Shown here one piece after another: positions 23,495 through 32,000 of a stretch of 32,000 nt of DNA. This DNA is from Cereibacter sphaeroides 2.4.1 (GTDB taxonomy: Bacteria > Pseudomonadota > Alphaproteobacteria > Rhodobacterales > Rhodobacteraceae). The stretch is from NCBI RefSeq assembly GCF_000012905.2, contig NC_007493.2:1320001-1352000 (forward strand), written 5' to 3'. The stretch's first letter is position 1. Each line of letters starts with the position of its first letter. The notes beneath the pieces are model-generated. The model was not told the origin of the DNA. It worked only from the letters and a program-made list of their open reading frames with translations, and ran no database searches. The position numbers and the translations under genes were made by a program.

Positions 23495-24142
23495 TTGAGC
23501 AACCCCGAGAGTTTCATCGACGAGGTGACCGAGGAGGTCCGCCGCGAACGGCTGTTCGGCTATTTCCGGCGCTATGGCTGGATCGCGCTCGTCGCCGTGA
23601 TCGCCCTCGTGGGCGGTGCCGCCTACATCGAATGGCAGAAGTCGCAAGACGCCGCAGAGTCGCAGGCCTTCGGCGACGCGATCCTTGCGGCCCTCGAGGC
23701 GCCGGATGCGGCGGCCCGTCGGGCGGCGGTGGCCGCCATTCCGGCCGAGGGCGCGCGTGCCGCGCTGCGGGATCTGATGGTGGCCTCCGATCCGGCCGCC
23801 GATCGCGCGGCCTCGCTCCGCGCGCTCGAAGGCGTGGCTGCGAACGCCACGCTCGATCCCGCGTTCCGCGACCTTGCGGTGCTGCGCCGCGTGATCCTTG
23901 CCGGGGCGGAGATGCCGGTGGCCGACCGCCGTGCCGCGCTCGATGAGATTGCAGCGCCGGGCCGGCCCTACCGCACGCTCGCGCTGGAGCAGATGGCCTA
24001 TCTGGACGTCGAAGCGGGCAAGCCCGCCGAGGCCATCCAGACGCTGCGCAACCTCGTGCAGGACCAGGAGGCGACGCAGGGCCTGCGCCGGCGCGCCGAA
24101 CAGATGATCACCGCTCTGGGCGGCGACACCCAGGCCGGCTGA
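23495..24142 (+). CDS. YfgM-like TPR membrane protein (upstream partner of bamB/der)
   Basis: 215 aa. The apparent TTG start at 23495 follows GAGGGAGAGG. It has the conserved N-terminus SFIDEVTEEVRRERLF followed by one TM helix. The position before bamB-der matches the conserved yfgM-bamB-der synteny. Confidence 0.8.
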   Translation: MSNPESFIDEVTEEVRRERLFGYFRRYGWIALVAVIALVGGAAYIEWQKSQDAAESQAFGDAILAALEAPDAAARRAAVAAIPAEGARAALRDLMVASDPAADRAASLRALEGVAANATLDPAFRDLAVLRRVILAGAEMPVADRRAALDEIAAPGRPYRTLALEQMAYLDVEAGKPAEAIQTLRNLVQDQEATQGLRRRAEQMITALGGDTQAG

Positions 24143-24187
24143 GACGGCAGCAAGGGGACGGGCAGGGACTTGAAGAGGGTTTTCACG

Positions 24188-25534
24188 GTGAAGCGGACGG
24201 CTGCGGTCTCGGGACTTGCGCTTCTTGGCCTGCTCGGCGCCTGCGGCGAGCGCGAACTCATCCTTCCCGGCGAGCGGTTCGACGTCCGCGCGCCGCTCGA
24301 GGCGAGCCTGCCCTCGGCGGGCAACCCGGCCCCGTCCGATCTTTCCGGGCGGCAGGCGAACGAGGCCCGGCCAGTGGCGCTTCCGGCGGCCACGGTCAAC
24401 GCCAGCTGGCCCCAGCGCGGCGGCAACGCGGCCCATCTGGCGCCGCATGCGAGCCTCTCGGCCGCGCCGCAGCTGGTCTGGAGCACCGACATCGGCTCCG
24501 GCAACAGCCGGAAGAACCGGATCTCGGCCGCCCCGGTCGTGGCCGAGGGCCGCATCTTCACGATGGATGCGTTGAGCGACGTGCAGGCGACCTCGACCGC
24601 CGGCGGTCAGCTCTGGCGCGTGGACATCACCCCGCCCGCCGACAGCGCGACCCATGTCTCGGGCGGCGGTCTGGCCTACGGCGCAGGAAGGCTCTTCGCC
24701 ACGACCGGCTATGGCGAACTGGTGGCGCTCGATCCCGCCTCGGGGGGCGTTCTCTGGCGCCAGAAGCTCGGCGCTCCGGCCACCGGCGCGCCCATGGTCG
24801 AGGGCGACACCGTCTATGTCACCGGCCGCGACAGCTCGGCCTGGGCGCTCGACGCCTCGAACGGCCGCGTGCGCTGGCAGATCCCCGGCGCCCCCTCCAG
24901 CACCGGCATGATCGGCGGCTCGGCCCCGGCCATGGCGGGCGGCACGGTGCTCTTCCCCTTCAACAGCGGGCAGATCATCGCCGTCCTGCGCGAGGGCGGC
25001 TCGCAGATCTGGTCCTCGCAGGTCGCGGGCGAACGGCTCGGCCGCGCCTATACCGGCTTCCGCGACATCACCGGCGATCCGGTCGTGTCGGGTGACAGCA
25101 TCTATGTCGGAAGCTCGGCCGGGCGCATGGTGGCGCTGTCGGCGACCTCGGGCGAGACCCTCTGGTCGGCCAACGAGGGCGCTCTTGCGCCCGTGGCGCT
25201 GGCAGGCGGCTCGCTCTTCCTCGTCTCCGACGAGGCGCGGCTCGTGCGGCTCGATGCCTCCACCGGCGACGTGATCTGGTCGGTCGACATGCCCTACTGG
25301 GAGAATGCCAAGCCCAAGCGCCGCAAGGGCATCACCGCCCATTACGGGCCGGTGCTGGCGGGCGGCCGGCTGGTGGTGGCCTCCTCGGATGGCGTGCTGC
25401 GCTTCTTCAGCCCGGTGAACGGCGGGCTCGTGGGCCAGACCGAGCTTCCCGGCGGGGCCGCGTCGCAGCCTGCGCTGGCCGGCGGCATGCTCTACATCGT
25501 GGGAGCCAACGGGAAACTTCTCGCTTTCCGCTGA
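24188..25534 (+). CDS. bamB: Outer membrane protein assembly factor BamB (PQQ-like beta-propeller lipoprotein)
   Basis: Track ORF 24170..25534. GTG 24188 (AAGAGGG 8 nt upstream) gives the classic lipoprotein signal MKRTAAVSGLALLGLLGAC. TTG 24170 is an alternative start. The protein has repeated beta-propeller blades (..G.LWR.., GDTVYV, GRLVVAS). Confidence 0.9.
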   Translation: MKRTAAVSGLALLGLLGACGERELILPGERFDVRAPLEASLPSAGNPAPSDLSGRQANEARPVALPAATVNASWPQRGGNAAHLAPHASLSAAPQLVWSTDIGSGNSRKNRISAAPVVAEGRIFTMDALSDVQATSTAGGQLWRVDITPPADSATHVSGGGLAYGAGRLFATTGYGELVALDPASGGVLWRQKLGAPATGAPMVEGDTVYVTGRDSSAWALDASNGRVRWQIPGAPSSTGMIGGSAPAMAGGTVLFPFNSGQIIAVLREGGSQIWSSQVAGERLGRAYTGFRDITGDPVVSGDSIYVGSSAGRMVALSATSGETLWSANEGALAPVALAGGSLFLVSDEARLVRLDASTGDVIWSVDMPYWENAKPKRRKGITAHYGPVLAGGRLVVASSDGVLRFFSPVNGGLVGQTELPGGAASQPALAGGMLYIVGANGKLLAFR

Positions 25535-25592
25535 CCGGCGTCTCTGCTAGGGACCCGGGCTTGACCTGCGTAAGCCGCCTCGGGAGGCATCG

Positions 25593-27056
25593 ATGAGCTT
25601 TACCCTCGCCATTGTCGGCCGTCCGAACGTCGGCAAGTCCACGCTGTTCAACCGCCTCGTCGGCAAGCGGCTGGCGCTGGTGGACGACCAGCCCGGCGTC
25701 ACGCGCGACCTGCGCGAGGGCGATGCGCGGCTCATCGACCTGCGTTTCACCGTGATCGACACGGCGGGCCTCGAGGAGGTGACGGACGACAGCCTGCAGG
25801 GCCGGATGCGCCGGTTGACCGAACGCGCGGTCGAGATGGCCGATGTCTGCCTGTTCCTGATCGACGGCCGCGTGGGCGTGACGCCCTCGGACGAGGTCTT
25901 CGCCGACATCCTGCGCCGGAAGAACGCCCATGTGATCCTCGGCGTGAACAAGGCCGAGGGCCGCGCGGGCGACGGCGGCGCCATCGAGGCCTGGAGCCTC
26001 GGTCTCGGCGAGCCGATCCGCCTCTCGGCCGAACATGGCGAGGGGATGGACGATCTCTATCACATCCTGCGGCCCATCGCCGAGGGCTTCGCCGAGCGCG
26101 CAGCCGCCGATGCGCCGGTGGTGGATGTGGATGTGCCGGAGGAGGAAGCCGATCTCGAGGCCGATCCCGAGGCGCACAAGCCCACCGTCAAGCATCCGCT
26201 CCAGATCGCAGTGATCGGGCGACCGAACGCGGGCAAGTCCACCCTCATCAACAAGATCATCGGCGAGGATCGTCTGCTCACGGGTCCCGAGGCCGGGATC
26301 ACGCGCGACGCGATCTCGGTGCGCTCCGAATGGCACGGCACGCCGATCCGGATCTTCGACACGGCGGGCATGCGCAAGAAGGCGCGGATCTCGGACAAGC
26401 TCGAGAAGCTGTCGGTGGCCGACGGGCTGCGCGCCGTACGCTTCGCCGAGGTGGTGGTGGTGCTTCTCGATGTGGAGATCCCGTTCGAGCAGCAGGATCT
26501 GCGCATCGCCGATTTCGCCGAGACCGAGGGCCGGGCGGTGGTTGTCGCTGTCAACAAATGGGACCTCGAGGGCGAGAAGCAGGAGAAGCTGGCCGAACTC
26601 AAGGAGATGTTCGAGCGGCTTCTGCCGCAGCTGCGCGGCGCGCCGCTGGTGACCGTCTCGGCCAAGACCGGCCGCGGGCTCGATCGGCTGCATGCGGCGA
26701 TCCTGCGCGCGCATGACATCTGGAACCGGCGGATCACCACGGCGCGGCTGAATACCTGGCTCGGCGCCATGGTCGAGGCCCATCCGCCGCCGGCTCCGGG
26801 CGGCCGCCGGATCAAGCTGCGCTACATGACCCAGGTGAAGACCCGCCCGCCGGGCTTCGTGGTGATGTGCTCGCACCCCGACGAGATGCCCGACAGCTAC
26901 CGCCGCTACCTCGTCAACGGGCTGCGCGACCATTTCGACATGCCGGGCACGCCGATCCGTCTGACGATGCGCGGGCAGGGCGACAAGAACCCGTTCAAGG
27001 AGCGGAAATTCCGCACACCCTCGCGGCTGAGGAAGCATCTCGGCAAGAAGGACTGA
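25593..27056 (+). CDS. der: Ribosome biogenesis GTPase Der (EngA), double GTPase domain
   Basis: 487 aa. Two G domains ([14 protein letters not shown] and [14 protein letters not shown]; DTAG twice; NKAE/NKWD) plus a C-terminal KH-like domain. Confidence 0.95.
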   Translation: MSFTLAIVGRPNVGKSTLFNRLVGKRLALVDDQPGVTRDLREGDARLIDLRFTVIDTAGLEEVTDDSLQGRMRRLTERAVEMADVCLFLIDGRVGVTPSDEVFADILRRKNAHVILGVNKAEGRAGDGGAIEAWSLGLGEPIRLSAEHGEGMDDLYHILRPIAEGFAERAAADAPVVDVDVPEEEADLEADPEAHKPTVKHPLQIAVIGRPNAGKSTLINKIIGEDRLLTGPEAGITRDAISVRSEWHGTPIRIFDTAGMRKKARISDKLEKLSVADGLRAVRFAEVVVVLLDVEIPFEQQDLRIADFAETEGRAVVVAVNKWDLEGEKQEKLAELKEMFERLLPQLRGAPLVTVSAKTGRGLDRLHAAILRAHDIWNRRITTARLNTWLGAMVEAHPPPAPGGRRIKLRYMTQVKTRPPGFVVMCSHPDEMPDSYRRYLVNGLRDHFDMPGTPIRLTMRGQGDKNPFKERKFRTPSRLRKHLGKKD

Positions 27057-27057
27057 C

Positions 27058-27084
27058 AGGGCGCCGCGAGGCGCCCTTTTCCTT
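27058..27084 (+). terminator. Rho-independent terminator after der
   Basis: An 8-bp GC stem agggcgcc / ggcgccct with a GCGA tetraloop, followed by tttt. It begins 2 nt after the stop. Confidence 0.65.
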
Positions 27085-27297
27085 GGGCGCTGGTCCGCCG
27101 GAGAGACAGGGCTTTCGCGAGATGGACCGCGCGCGGCGACGAGCCGGCGCGTGGCTGGCGAACCGTGGGGCTTTCTCCTTAAGCGCTGGTTCTGGACCTC
27201 CAAAGGGCAAGGAGGTGTGCAGGGTAGATCTCCTTCGGGCCAACGAACTCGCTCGCGGCTGTCGCGCGCTGTGCGGCGCGGCGACGAGGGCGCGGGA

Positions 27298-29277
27298 TCA
27301 GGACCGCAACCGCTCGGGCGGCAGATGGCAGCGGATGCGGTGGCCCGGCGCGACTTCGGCCAGCGGCGGCAGGCCCTCCTCGCAGAGCGTCCCCGGCACC
27401 TCGGCGCGCCGCGGGCAGCGGCTGTGGAACGGACAGCCCGAGGGCGGCGTCAGCGCCGAGGGTTTCTCGCCCGTCAGCGGCGTTGGAGGCGGCGCGCCGG
27501 GATCGGGACGCGGCGCGGCGTCGAGCAGCGCCCTCGTATAGGGATGGCAGAGCGCGCCGAAGATCCGGTCCGCCGGGCCGATCTCCATGATCCGCCCGAG
27601 ATAGAGCACCATGACCCGGTCGGCGATCTGGCGCACGAGGGCCAGATCGTGACTGATGAAGAGGAGCGTGGCGCGGCGGGTCCGTTGAAGTTCGAGAAGC
27701 GTGCCGATCACGGCCGCCTGCACGCTGGCATCGAGCGCCGAGACCGGCTCGTCGGCGACAAGGACGGCCGGGTCCCCGGCCAGCGCCCGCGCAATGCCCA
27801 TCCGTTGGCGCTGGCCGCCCGAGAGCGCCCGCGGCATCCGCGAGCCGAGCGCCGGGGACAGGCGGACGAGGTTCAGAAGGTCGGTCAGGCGTGCGCGCAG
27901 CGTCGGAGCCGAAAGACCGCCCTGAAACAGCTCCAGCGCCCGCATCACCTGCCGACCCGCGGGGATCGCCGGGTTGAGCGTGTCGGCGGGGTTCTGAAAC
28001 ACCATCTGCATGGCCGCGGTGAGGTCCCGCGGGCGCCTGCCTGCGGGCCGGTCCTGCACCTCCACCCCCTTGAGCCGGATGGTCCCGGCATCCGCGCGCT
28101 CCAGCCCCATCAGAAGCCGGGCCAGAGTGCTCTTGCCGCAGCCGGATTCGCCGACGATGGCGAGGGTCTCTCCCTCTTGCGCGGTGAATGTCGCCTCCTC
28201 CAGCGCATGGACCGTTCCGCGGGCGGTGCCGAACCTGCGTGTCAGGCCCTCCACCTCAAGGATCGGGCCGCCGATGTTGGGGTCGGGCAGGGTCGAGGCC
28301 GCCTCGGGGTCGCCTCCGATCTCGCGCCAGCGCAGGCACCGGACCGCAGCGTCGGGCGTCACCGTCTCGAGAGGCACGGGATCCCGGTCGCAGAGACCCG
28401 GGCGCACATGGGCGCAGCGCGGGGCGAAGTCGCAGCCCGGCGGGCGGTCCTGCGGCAGCGGCTGACTGCCCGCCAGCGGCGCCGGCGGACGGCGGGCCGC
28501 GTCGATCCGGGGCAGGGCCGCGAGGAGCGCCTGCGTGTAGGGATGCCGCGCCTTCTCGAAAATCCCCGCGACCGGGCCCGCCTCGACGAGCCTTCCGGCA
28601 TAGAGCACGGCAAGCCGGTCGCAGATCCCCGCCATCAGCGCCAGATCGTGCCCGATGAACAGCATCGCCGTGCCGCGCGTCCGGCGGATATCGCGCAGGA
28701 GCGCCATGATCTCGGCCTCGACCGTCACGTCGAGCGCCGTCGTCGGCTCGTCGAGGATCAGAAGCCGCGGCTCGGCCATCAGCGCCATGGCGAGGGCGAC
28801 GCGCTGCAGTTGCCCGCCCGAAAGCTGGTGCGGATAGGCCGCGAGCAGCCGGTCGGGATCGGGCAGGCGCAGCTCCTCGAGCGCCCGGCGCGCGGCGGTG
28901 CTGGCCTCGGCGCGCGAGACGCGGCCATGCAGGCGCGGCACCTCGGCCAGCTGGGCGCCGATCCGCATCGACGGGTTGAGCGCGGCCATCGGCTCCTGCC
29001 CCACCAGCGCGATGCCCGCGCCGCGCAGGGCGCGCCACTGCCGCTCGGCAAGGCCGCGCAGCTCGCGGCCCTCGAAGCGGAGGCTGCCCGTCTCGATCCG
29101 GCCCCCGGGACCGAGGTCGCCCATGATGGCCAGCGCCGTCGTGCTCTTGCCGCTGCCCGACTCGCCCGCAAGGCCCAGCACCTCGCCCGGGCCAATGCGC
29201 AGCGTCAGATCCTCCACCACCCGGCGCGATCCGAAGCGCACCGTCAGCCCATCCAGCGCCAGCACCGGTTCAGTCAT
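27298..29277 (-). CDS. ABC transporter ATP-binding protein, fused double ATPase (DppD/DppF-like, Gsi/Yej-type)
   Basis: 659 aa. Two complete ABC cassettes: GESGSGKST..LSGGQLQRV..ILDEPTTALD and GESGCGKST..LSGGQRQRM..LVADEPVSALD. Each is followed by an oligopeptide-type C-terminal region (HPYT). Confidence 0.92.
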   Translation of the reverse strand: MTEPVLALDGLTVRFGSRRVVEDLTLRIGPGEVLGLAGESGSGKSTTALAIMGDLGPGGRIETGSLRFEGRELRGLAERQWRALRGAGIALVGQEPMAALNPSMRIGAQLAEVPRLHGRVSRAEASTAARRALEELRLPDPDRLLAAYPHQLSGGQLQRVALAMALMAEPRLLILDEPTTALDVTVEAEIMALLRDIRRTRGTAMLFIGHDLALMAGICDRLAVLYAGRLVEAGPVAGIFEKARHPYTQALLAALPRIDAARRPPAPLAGSQPLPQDRPPGCDFAPRCAHVRPGLCDRDPVPLETVTPDAAVRCLRWREIGGDPEAASTLPDPNIGGPILEVEGLTRRFGTARGTVHALEEATFTAQEGETLAIVGESGCGKSTLARLLMGLERADAGTIRLKGVEVQDRPAGRRPRDLTAAMQMVFQNPADTLNPAIPAGRQVMRALELFQGGLSAPTLRARLTDLLNLVRLSPALGSRMPRALSGGQRQRMGIARALAGDPAVLVADEPVSALDASVQAAVIGTLLELQRTRRATLLFISHDLALVRQIADRVMVLYLGRIMEIGPADRIFGALCHPYTRALLDAAPRPDPGAPPPTPLTGEKPSALTPPSGCPFHSRCPRRAEVPGTLCEEGLPPLAEVAPGHRIRCHLPPERLRS

Positions 29278-30424
29278 CGCGCGCCACCGTGCGGAGCGCG
29301 TCGGCCAGCAGGTTCAGCCCGAGGACGAGGCTCAGGAGCGCGAGCGCGGGCACGACCGCGGCGTGCGGATAGATCGCCAGAAAGCGCCGACCGTCGTTGA
29401 TGGTCGAGCCCCAGTCGGGGCTTTCGGGCGAGACGCCCAGCCCGAAGAAGCCCAGCGTGCCGAGAAGGATCGTGGTGTAGCCGACCCTCAGGCAGGCATC
29501 GACGATCAGCGGGCCGCGGGCATTGGGCAGGATCTCCCAGAGCATGATGAACCACGGGCCCTCGCCGCGGGTGCGCGCCGCCGCCACATAATCGCGGTGC
29601 CTGAGGTCGAGGGCGAGGCCCCGGACGATGCGGAAGGCGGTGGGGGCATTCACGAAGACGACCGCCACGAAGACGGTGAGGAGCCCGGGCTCGAGCCGCC
29701 AGAGGCCCGAAGGGTCCGCATCGAGCGCGAGGCCCGCCCAGATCCAGAGCCCGGGGCCGAGGATCGCGGCGAGACCCAGAGCCCAGGGGCCTGCCCGCGT
29801 GCGGAAGCGGCTGTGCCAGAGCAGGACGAGGAACAGGAGCGGCATGAGGAACAGGACCGCGGCGATGATGCGGGGCAGCGCGGTCTGCCGGATCTCGGGC
29901 GTGACGAGCAGGTAGAAGAGCAGGATGACCGGAAAGGCCAGCACCAGATTGGCGAGAAAGGACAGGGCCGCATCCAGCCGTCCGCCGACAAAGCCCGCAG
30001 GCAGGCCGAGGAGCATCCCCACGGCCAGCGCGCAGAGCGTGGCGGCGGGGGCGATCGCCAGCACGCGCCGCGCGCCCACGACCATCCGGCTGAAGCAATC
30101 CCGCGCGAGGCTGTCGCCGCCGAGGAGATAGACCGGATAGGCTGAGCCCCCCGCGGGGCTGCCTGGCATCGCGTTCTTCAGCCCCGACAGCTGCGCCAGC
30201 GGATCGTGCGTGGCGATGAGGTCGGCAAAAAGCGCGGTCAGGACCCAGAAGAGGACGAGCGTCAGCCCAGCAAGGCCCGCGCCGCTCCCGAAGAGCCGGC
30301 CCGCAGGCCCGAGCCGCGCCCGGGCGCGCCAGCCCAGACCCAGGATCAGCGCGAGCCCGGCCCAGACGGGCGCGAAGCGCAGGACCATCCGGCCGAGGAT
30401 CTCGATCCAGCCCAACGCCTCCAT
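29270..30424 (-). CDS. ABC transporter permease (DppC/OppC-like) with extended N-terminus
   Basis: 384 aa, multi-TM. It overlaps the downstream ATPase gene by 8 nt and shares 1 nt (TGATG) with the upstream permease. The start is not verified. Confidence 0.85.
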   Translation of the reverse strand: MEALGWIEILGRMVLRFAPVWAGLALILGLGWRARARLGPAGRLFGSGAGLAGLTLVLFWVLTALFADLIATHDPLAQLSGLKNAMPGSPAGGSAYPVYLLGGDSLARDCFSRMVVGARRVLAIAPAATLCALAVGMLLGLPAGFVGGRLDAALSFLANLVLAFPVILLFYLLVTPEIRQTALPRIIAAVLFLMPLLFLVLLWHSRFRTRAGPWALGLAAILGPGLWIWAGLALDADPSGLWRLEPGLLTVFVAVVFVNAPTAFRIVRGLALDLRHRDYVAAARTRGEGPWFIMLWEILPNARGPLIVDACLRVGYTTILLGTLGFFGLGVSPESPDWGSTINDGRRFLAIYPHAAVVPALALLSLVLGLNLLADALRTVARDD

Positions 30425-31449
30425 CAGCGCGCCCGCAGCCGGGGATTGAGCGCGCGATAGGCGAGGTCGGACAGGCCCTGCGTGACCAGCACCAGCGTCA
30501 CCGCCACCGTGGCGCAGCCGAGGAGCAGATCTATGTCGTTGTTGCCCGCGGCCTGCACCAGCGTCCAGCCGAAGCCCTTGTAGGCAAAGAGCGTCTCAAC
30601 GATCACGACCCCGTTCAGAAGCCATGGCAGCTGCAGCAGGATCACCGTCACCGGCGCCACCAGCGCATTGCGCAGCGCATGGACGAGCACGATCCGGCTC
30701 TGGCTTGCGCCCTTCAGCCGGGCGGTGCGGACATAGGGCTGCGTCATCGCATCGGCCATGGCCGCGCGGGTGATGCGCGCGACATAACCCGTGCCGTAGA
30801 GCGCCACCGTCACCACCGGCAGGGCGAAGTTCCAGAAGGTGATGCCGCTCATGGCGCCCGAGGCGGTGCCCTGAAATAGGGTGCGGTCCTCGATCCAGCC
30901 CGCCTCGTGCAGAAGGGGCGACAGGCCGGCGGTGGCCGAGGCGAACAGCGCCACCAGGACCACCCCCGAGACATATTCCGGCGTGGCGGCGGTGAGGATC
31001 GTGGCCACCGAGATCGCGCGGTCGGTGCGCGAGCCTTCGCGCATCCCGGCCAGCACGCCGAGCGCCAGCGCCGTGGGCACCATCACGACCATGACCCAGA
31101 GCATGAGCCAGCCGGTCGCGGCGAGGCTGCGGGCCAGCACCTCTGCGACCGGCTGGCGGAAGACGGTGGACTGGCCCCAGTCGCCCTGCAGCACGCCGCA
31201 GCGGCCGCAGCGGGCCTTCGGCAGGAGGCCCAGCCACTCGCCGTAGAGCACCGGCACCGGCCGGTCGAATCCCGACCGCTCGAGCCAGCTCGCCACTTCG
31301 GCGTCGGACATGCGGGCCGACCCCTGAGACTTCGCCAGCTTCTCGAGGTTCGGCGGCAGATGGGTCAGCCAGAACACGAGAAGGCTCAGGCAGAGGGCCG
31401 TGGCCAGAAGCGCGCCCAGGCGGCGCAGGAGGATCGCCGTGACGCGCAA
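30424..31449 (-). CDS. ABC transporter permease (DppB/OppB-like)
   Basis: 341 aa. MRVTAILLRRLGALLATALCLSLLVFWLTHLPP is a typical DppB-type N-terminus, and the protein has the BPD-transporter core. Confidence 0.9.
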   Translation of the reverse strand: MRVTAILLRRLGALLATALCLSLLVFWLTHLPPNLEKLAKSQGSARMSDAEVASWLERSGFDRPVPVLYGEWLGLLPKARCGRCGVLQGDWGQSTVFRQPVAEVLARSLAATGWLMLWVMVVMVPTALALGVLAGMREGSRTDRAISVATILTAATPEYVSGVVLVALFASATAGLSPLLHEAGWIEDRTLFQGTASGAMSGITFWNFALPVVTVALYGTGYVARITRAAMADAMTQPYVRTARLKGASQSRIVLVHALRNALVAPVTVILLQLPWLLNGVVIVETLFAYKGFGWTLVQAAGNNDIDLLLGCATVAVTLVLVTQGLSDLAYRALNPRLRAR

Positions 31450-31452
31450 GGG

Positions 31453-32000
31453 TCAGGCGTCGATCCACCATTTGTAATGATGATGCTCGAAGGTCGGATG
31501 GGCCTCGGCTCCTTTCACCTTGGGATCGACATGGCGGAAGATCGAGCGCCAGTAGGGCTGGATCAGCACGCCCTCCTCCTGCAGGATCCGCTCGAGATCG
31601 GCCATCAGCACCCGGCGGCGGTCCGGGTCGACGAGCGACATGGCCTCGTCAAGTTTTGCGTCGAACTCCTTGTTCGAGAAAGCGGATTCGTTCCACGGGA
31701 CGCCCGAGCGATAGGCGAGCGCCAGCACCTGCACGCCCAGCGGGCGCATGTTCCATTCCGTGGCCGAGAAGGGAAACTTCAGCCAGTCGTTCCAGTAGGT
31801 TGCGCCGGGAAGCACCGTGCGGCGGATGGCGATGCCGGCATCGCGCAGCTGTGCCGCCACCGCATCGCAGGAGGCCGCCTGCCAGGCATCGTCGAGCGAG
31901 ACGAGCTCGAACTCGTGCTCGGCCATGCCGGCCTCCTTCAGTTGCGCCAGCGCCGCGGCGCGGTCCACGGTCAGGGGCGGCAGCTCGGCATATTCGGGAT
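31453..32000 (-). CDS. ABC transporter substrate-binding protein, family 5 (peptide/nickel type), C-terminal part; continues beyond window
   Basis: The frame stays open upstream of the track ORF start (the codon at 31968 is an internal GTG). ..AAALAQLKEAGMAEHEFELVSLDD.. and the C-terminal ..HHYKWWIDA are typical of SBP family 5. The stop lies 3 nt before the permease gene. Confidence 0.85.
   Translation of the reverse strand, partial: PEYAELPPLTVDRAAALAQLKEAGMAEHEFELVSLDDAWQAASCDAVAAQLRDAGIAIRRTVLPGATYWNDWLKFPFSATEWNMRPLGVQVLALAYRSGVPWNESAFSNKEFDAKLDEAMSLVDPDRRRVLMADLERILQEEGVLIQPYWRSIFRHVDPKVKGAEAHPTFEHHHYKWWIDA

Noticed and set aside
23843-23867. Fifth perfect GGAAC-N16-CGTT motif, on the reverse strand inside the yfgM-like coding sequence
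   Set aside because: It is antisense and intragenic, with no ORF downstream. One such hit in 32 kb is about what chance predicts, so it serves as the background estimate. An antisense RNA is not excluded and would show up in dRNA-seq.
21446-25342. 1298-aa reverse-strand ORF opposite the Atm1, yfgM and bamB genes
   Set aside because: This is a shadow ORF with an Arg/Gly/Ala/Pro-dominated product and no recognisable motifs. The plus strand encodes three proteins with unambiguous signatures.
27209-27260. Strong SD-like AAGGAGG followed by GTG in the der/ABC convergent gap
   Set aside because: The GTG abuts the SD with no spacer. The downstream frame runs antisense through the ABC ATPase gene with shadow-ORF composition, so it is treated as RNA structure rather than a gene.
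1-32000. Search for CRISPR repeats, IS elements, integrases, phage genes, toxin-antitoxin pairs or classical defence genes
   Set aside because: No regularly spaced repeats, transposase or integrase-like ORFs, terminal inverted repeats or restriction, Abi or nuclease-type signatures were seen by eye. GC content and codon bias are uniform apart from about 5.9-6.5 kb. The only accessory-looking content is the stress island described in the findings.

Overview
High-GC (about two-thirds G+C by eye) alphaproteobacterial chromosome segment. Gene content and protein sequences look Rhodobacterales (Rhodobacter/Cereibacter-like), which is an inference. No CRISPR array, transposase, integrase, rRNA or tRNA gene was seen.

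From about 7.6 kb to 32 kb the window is ordinary core genome:
- fabD
- a translationally coupled ccmI-ruvX-DUF1289 operon
- heterotetrameric sarcosine oxidase soxB-(extra ORF)-soxD-soxA-soxG
- an OafA-type acyltransferase
- Fe/Mn superoxide dismutase
- a LOG-family protein
- a LysM protein
- an Atm1-type ABC exporter
- the conserved yfgM-bamB-der block
- a peptide-type ABC importer (SBP, two permeases, fused double ATPase)

The first ~7.4 kb is the interesting part and reads as a compact general-stress-response (GSR) island. It holds an EcfG-like ECF sigma factor (6883-7389) and two small ORFs with NepR-type anti-sigma motifs arranged tail to tail. There is also a single-domain receiver with a PFxFATG-like motif, but no PhyR-like gene.

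Four perfect GGAAC-N16/17-CGTT (EcfG-type) promoter motifs sit 44-66 nt upstream of four genes: the sigma gene itself, mgtC, a three-domain ligD and an Arg/Asp-rich disordered protein. Three near-consensus copies lie in front of the remaining transcription units.

Several very small genes are missing from, or hidden inside longer ORFs of, the ORF track. These are a 24-aa hydrophobic peptide with a perfect SD, a 57-aa proline-rich ORF, and an 84-aa ORF coupled by ATGA to ligD.

Many long ORFs in the track are Arg/Pro/Gly-rich shadow frames typical of high-GC DNA and were rejected.
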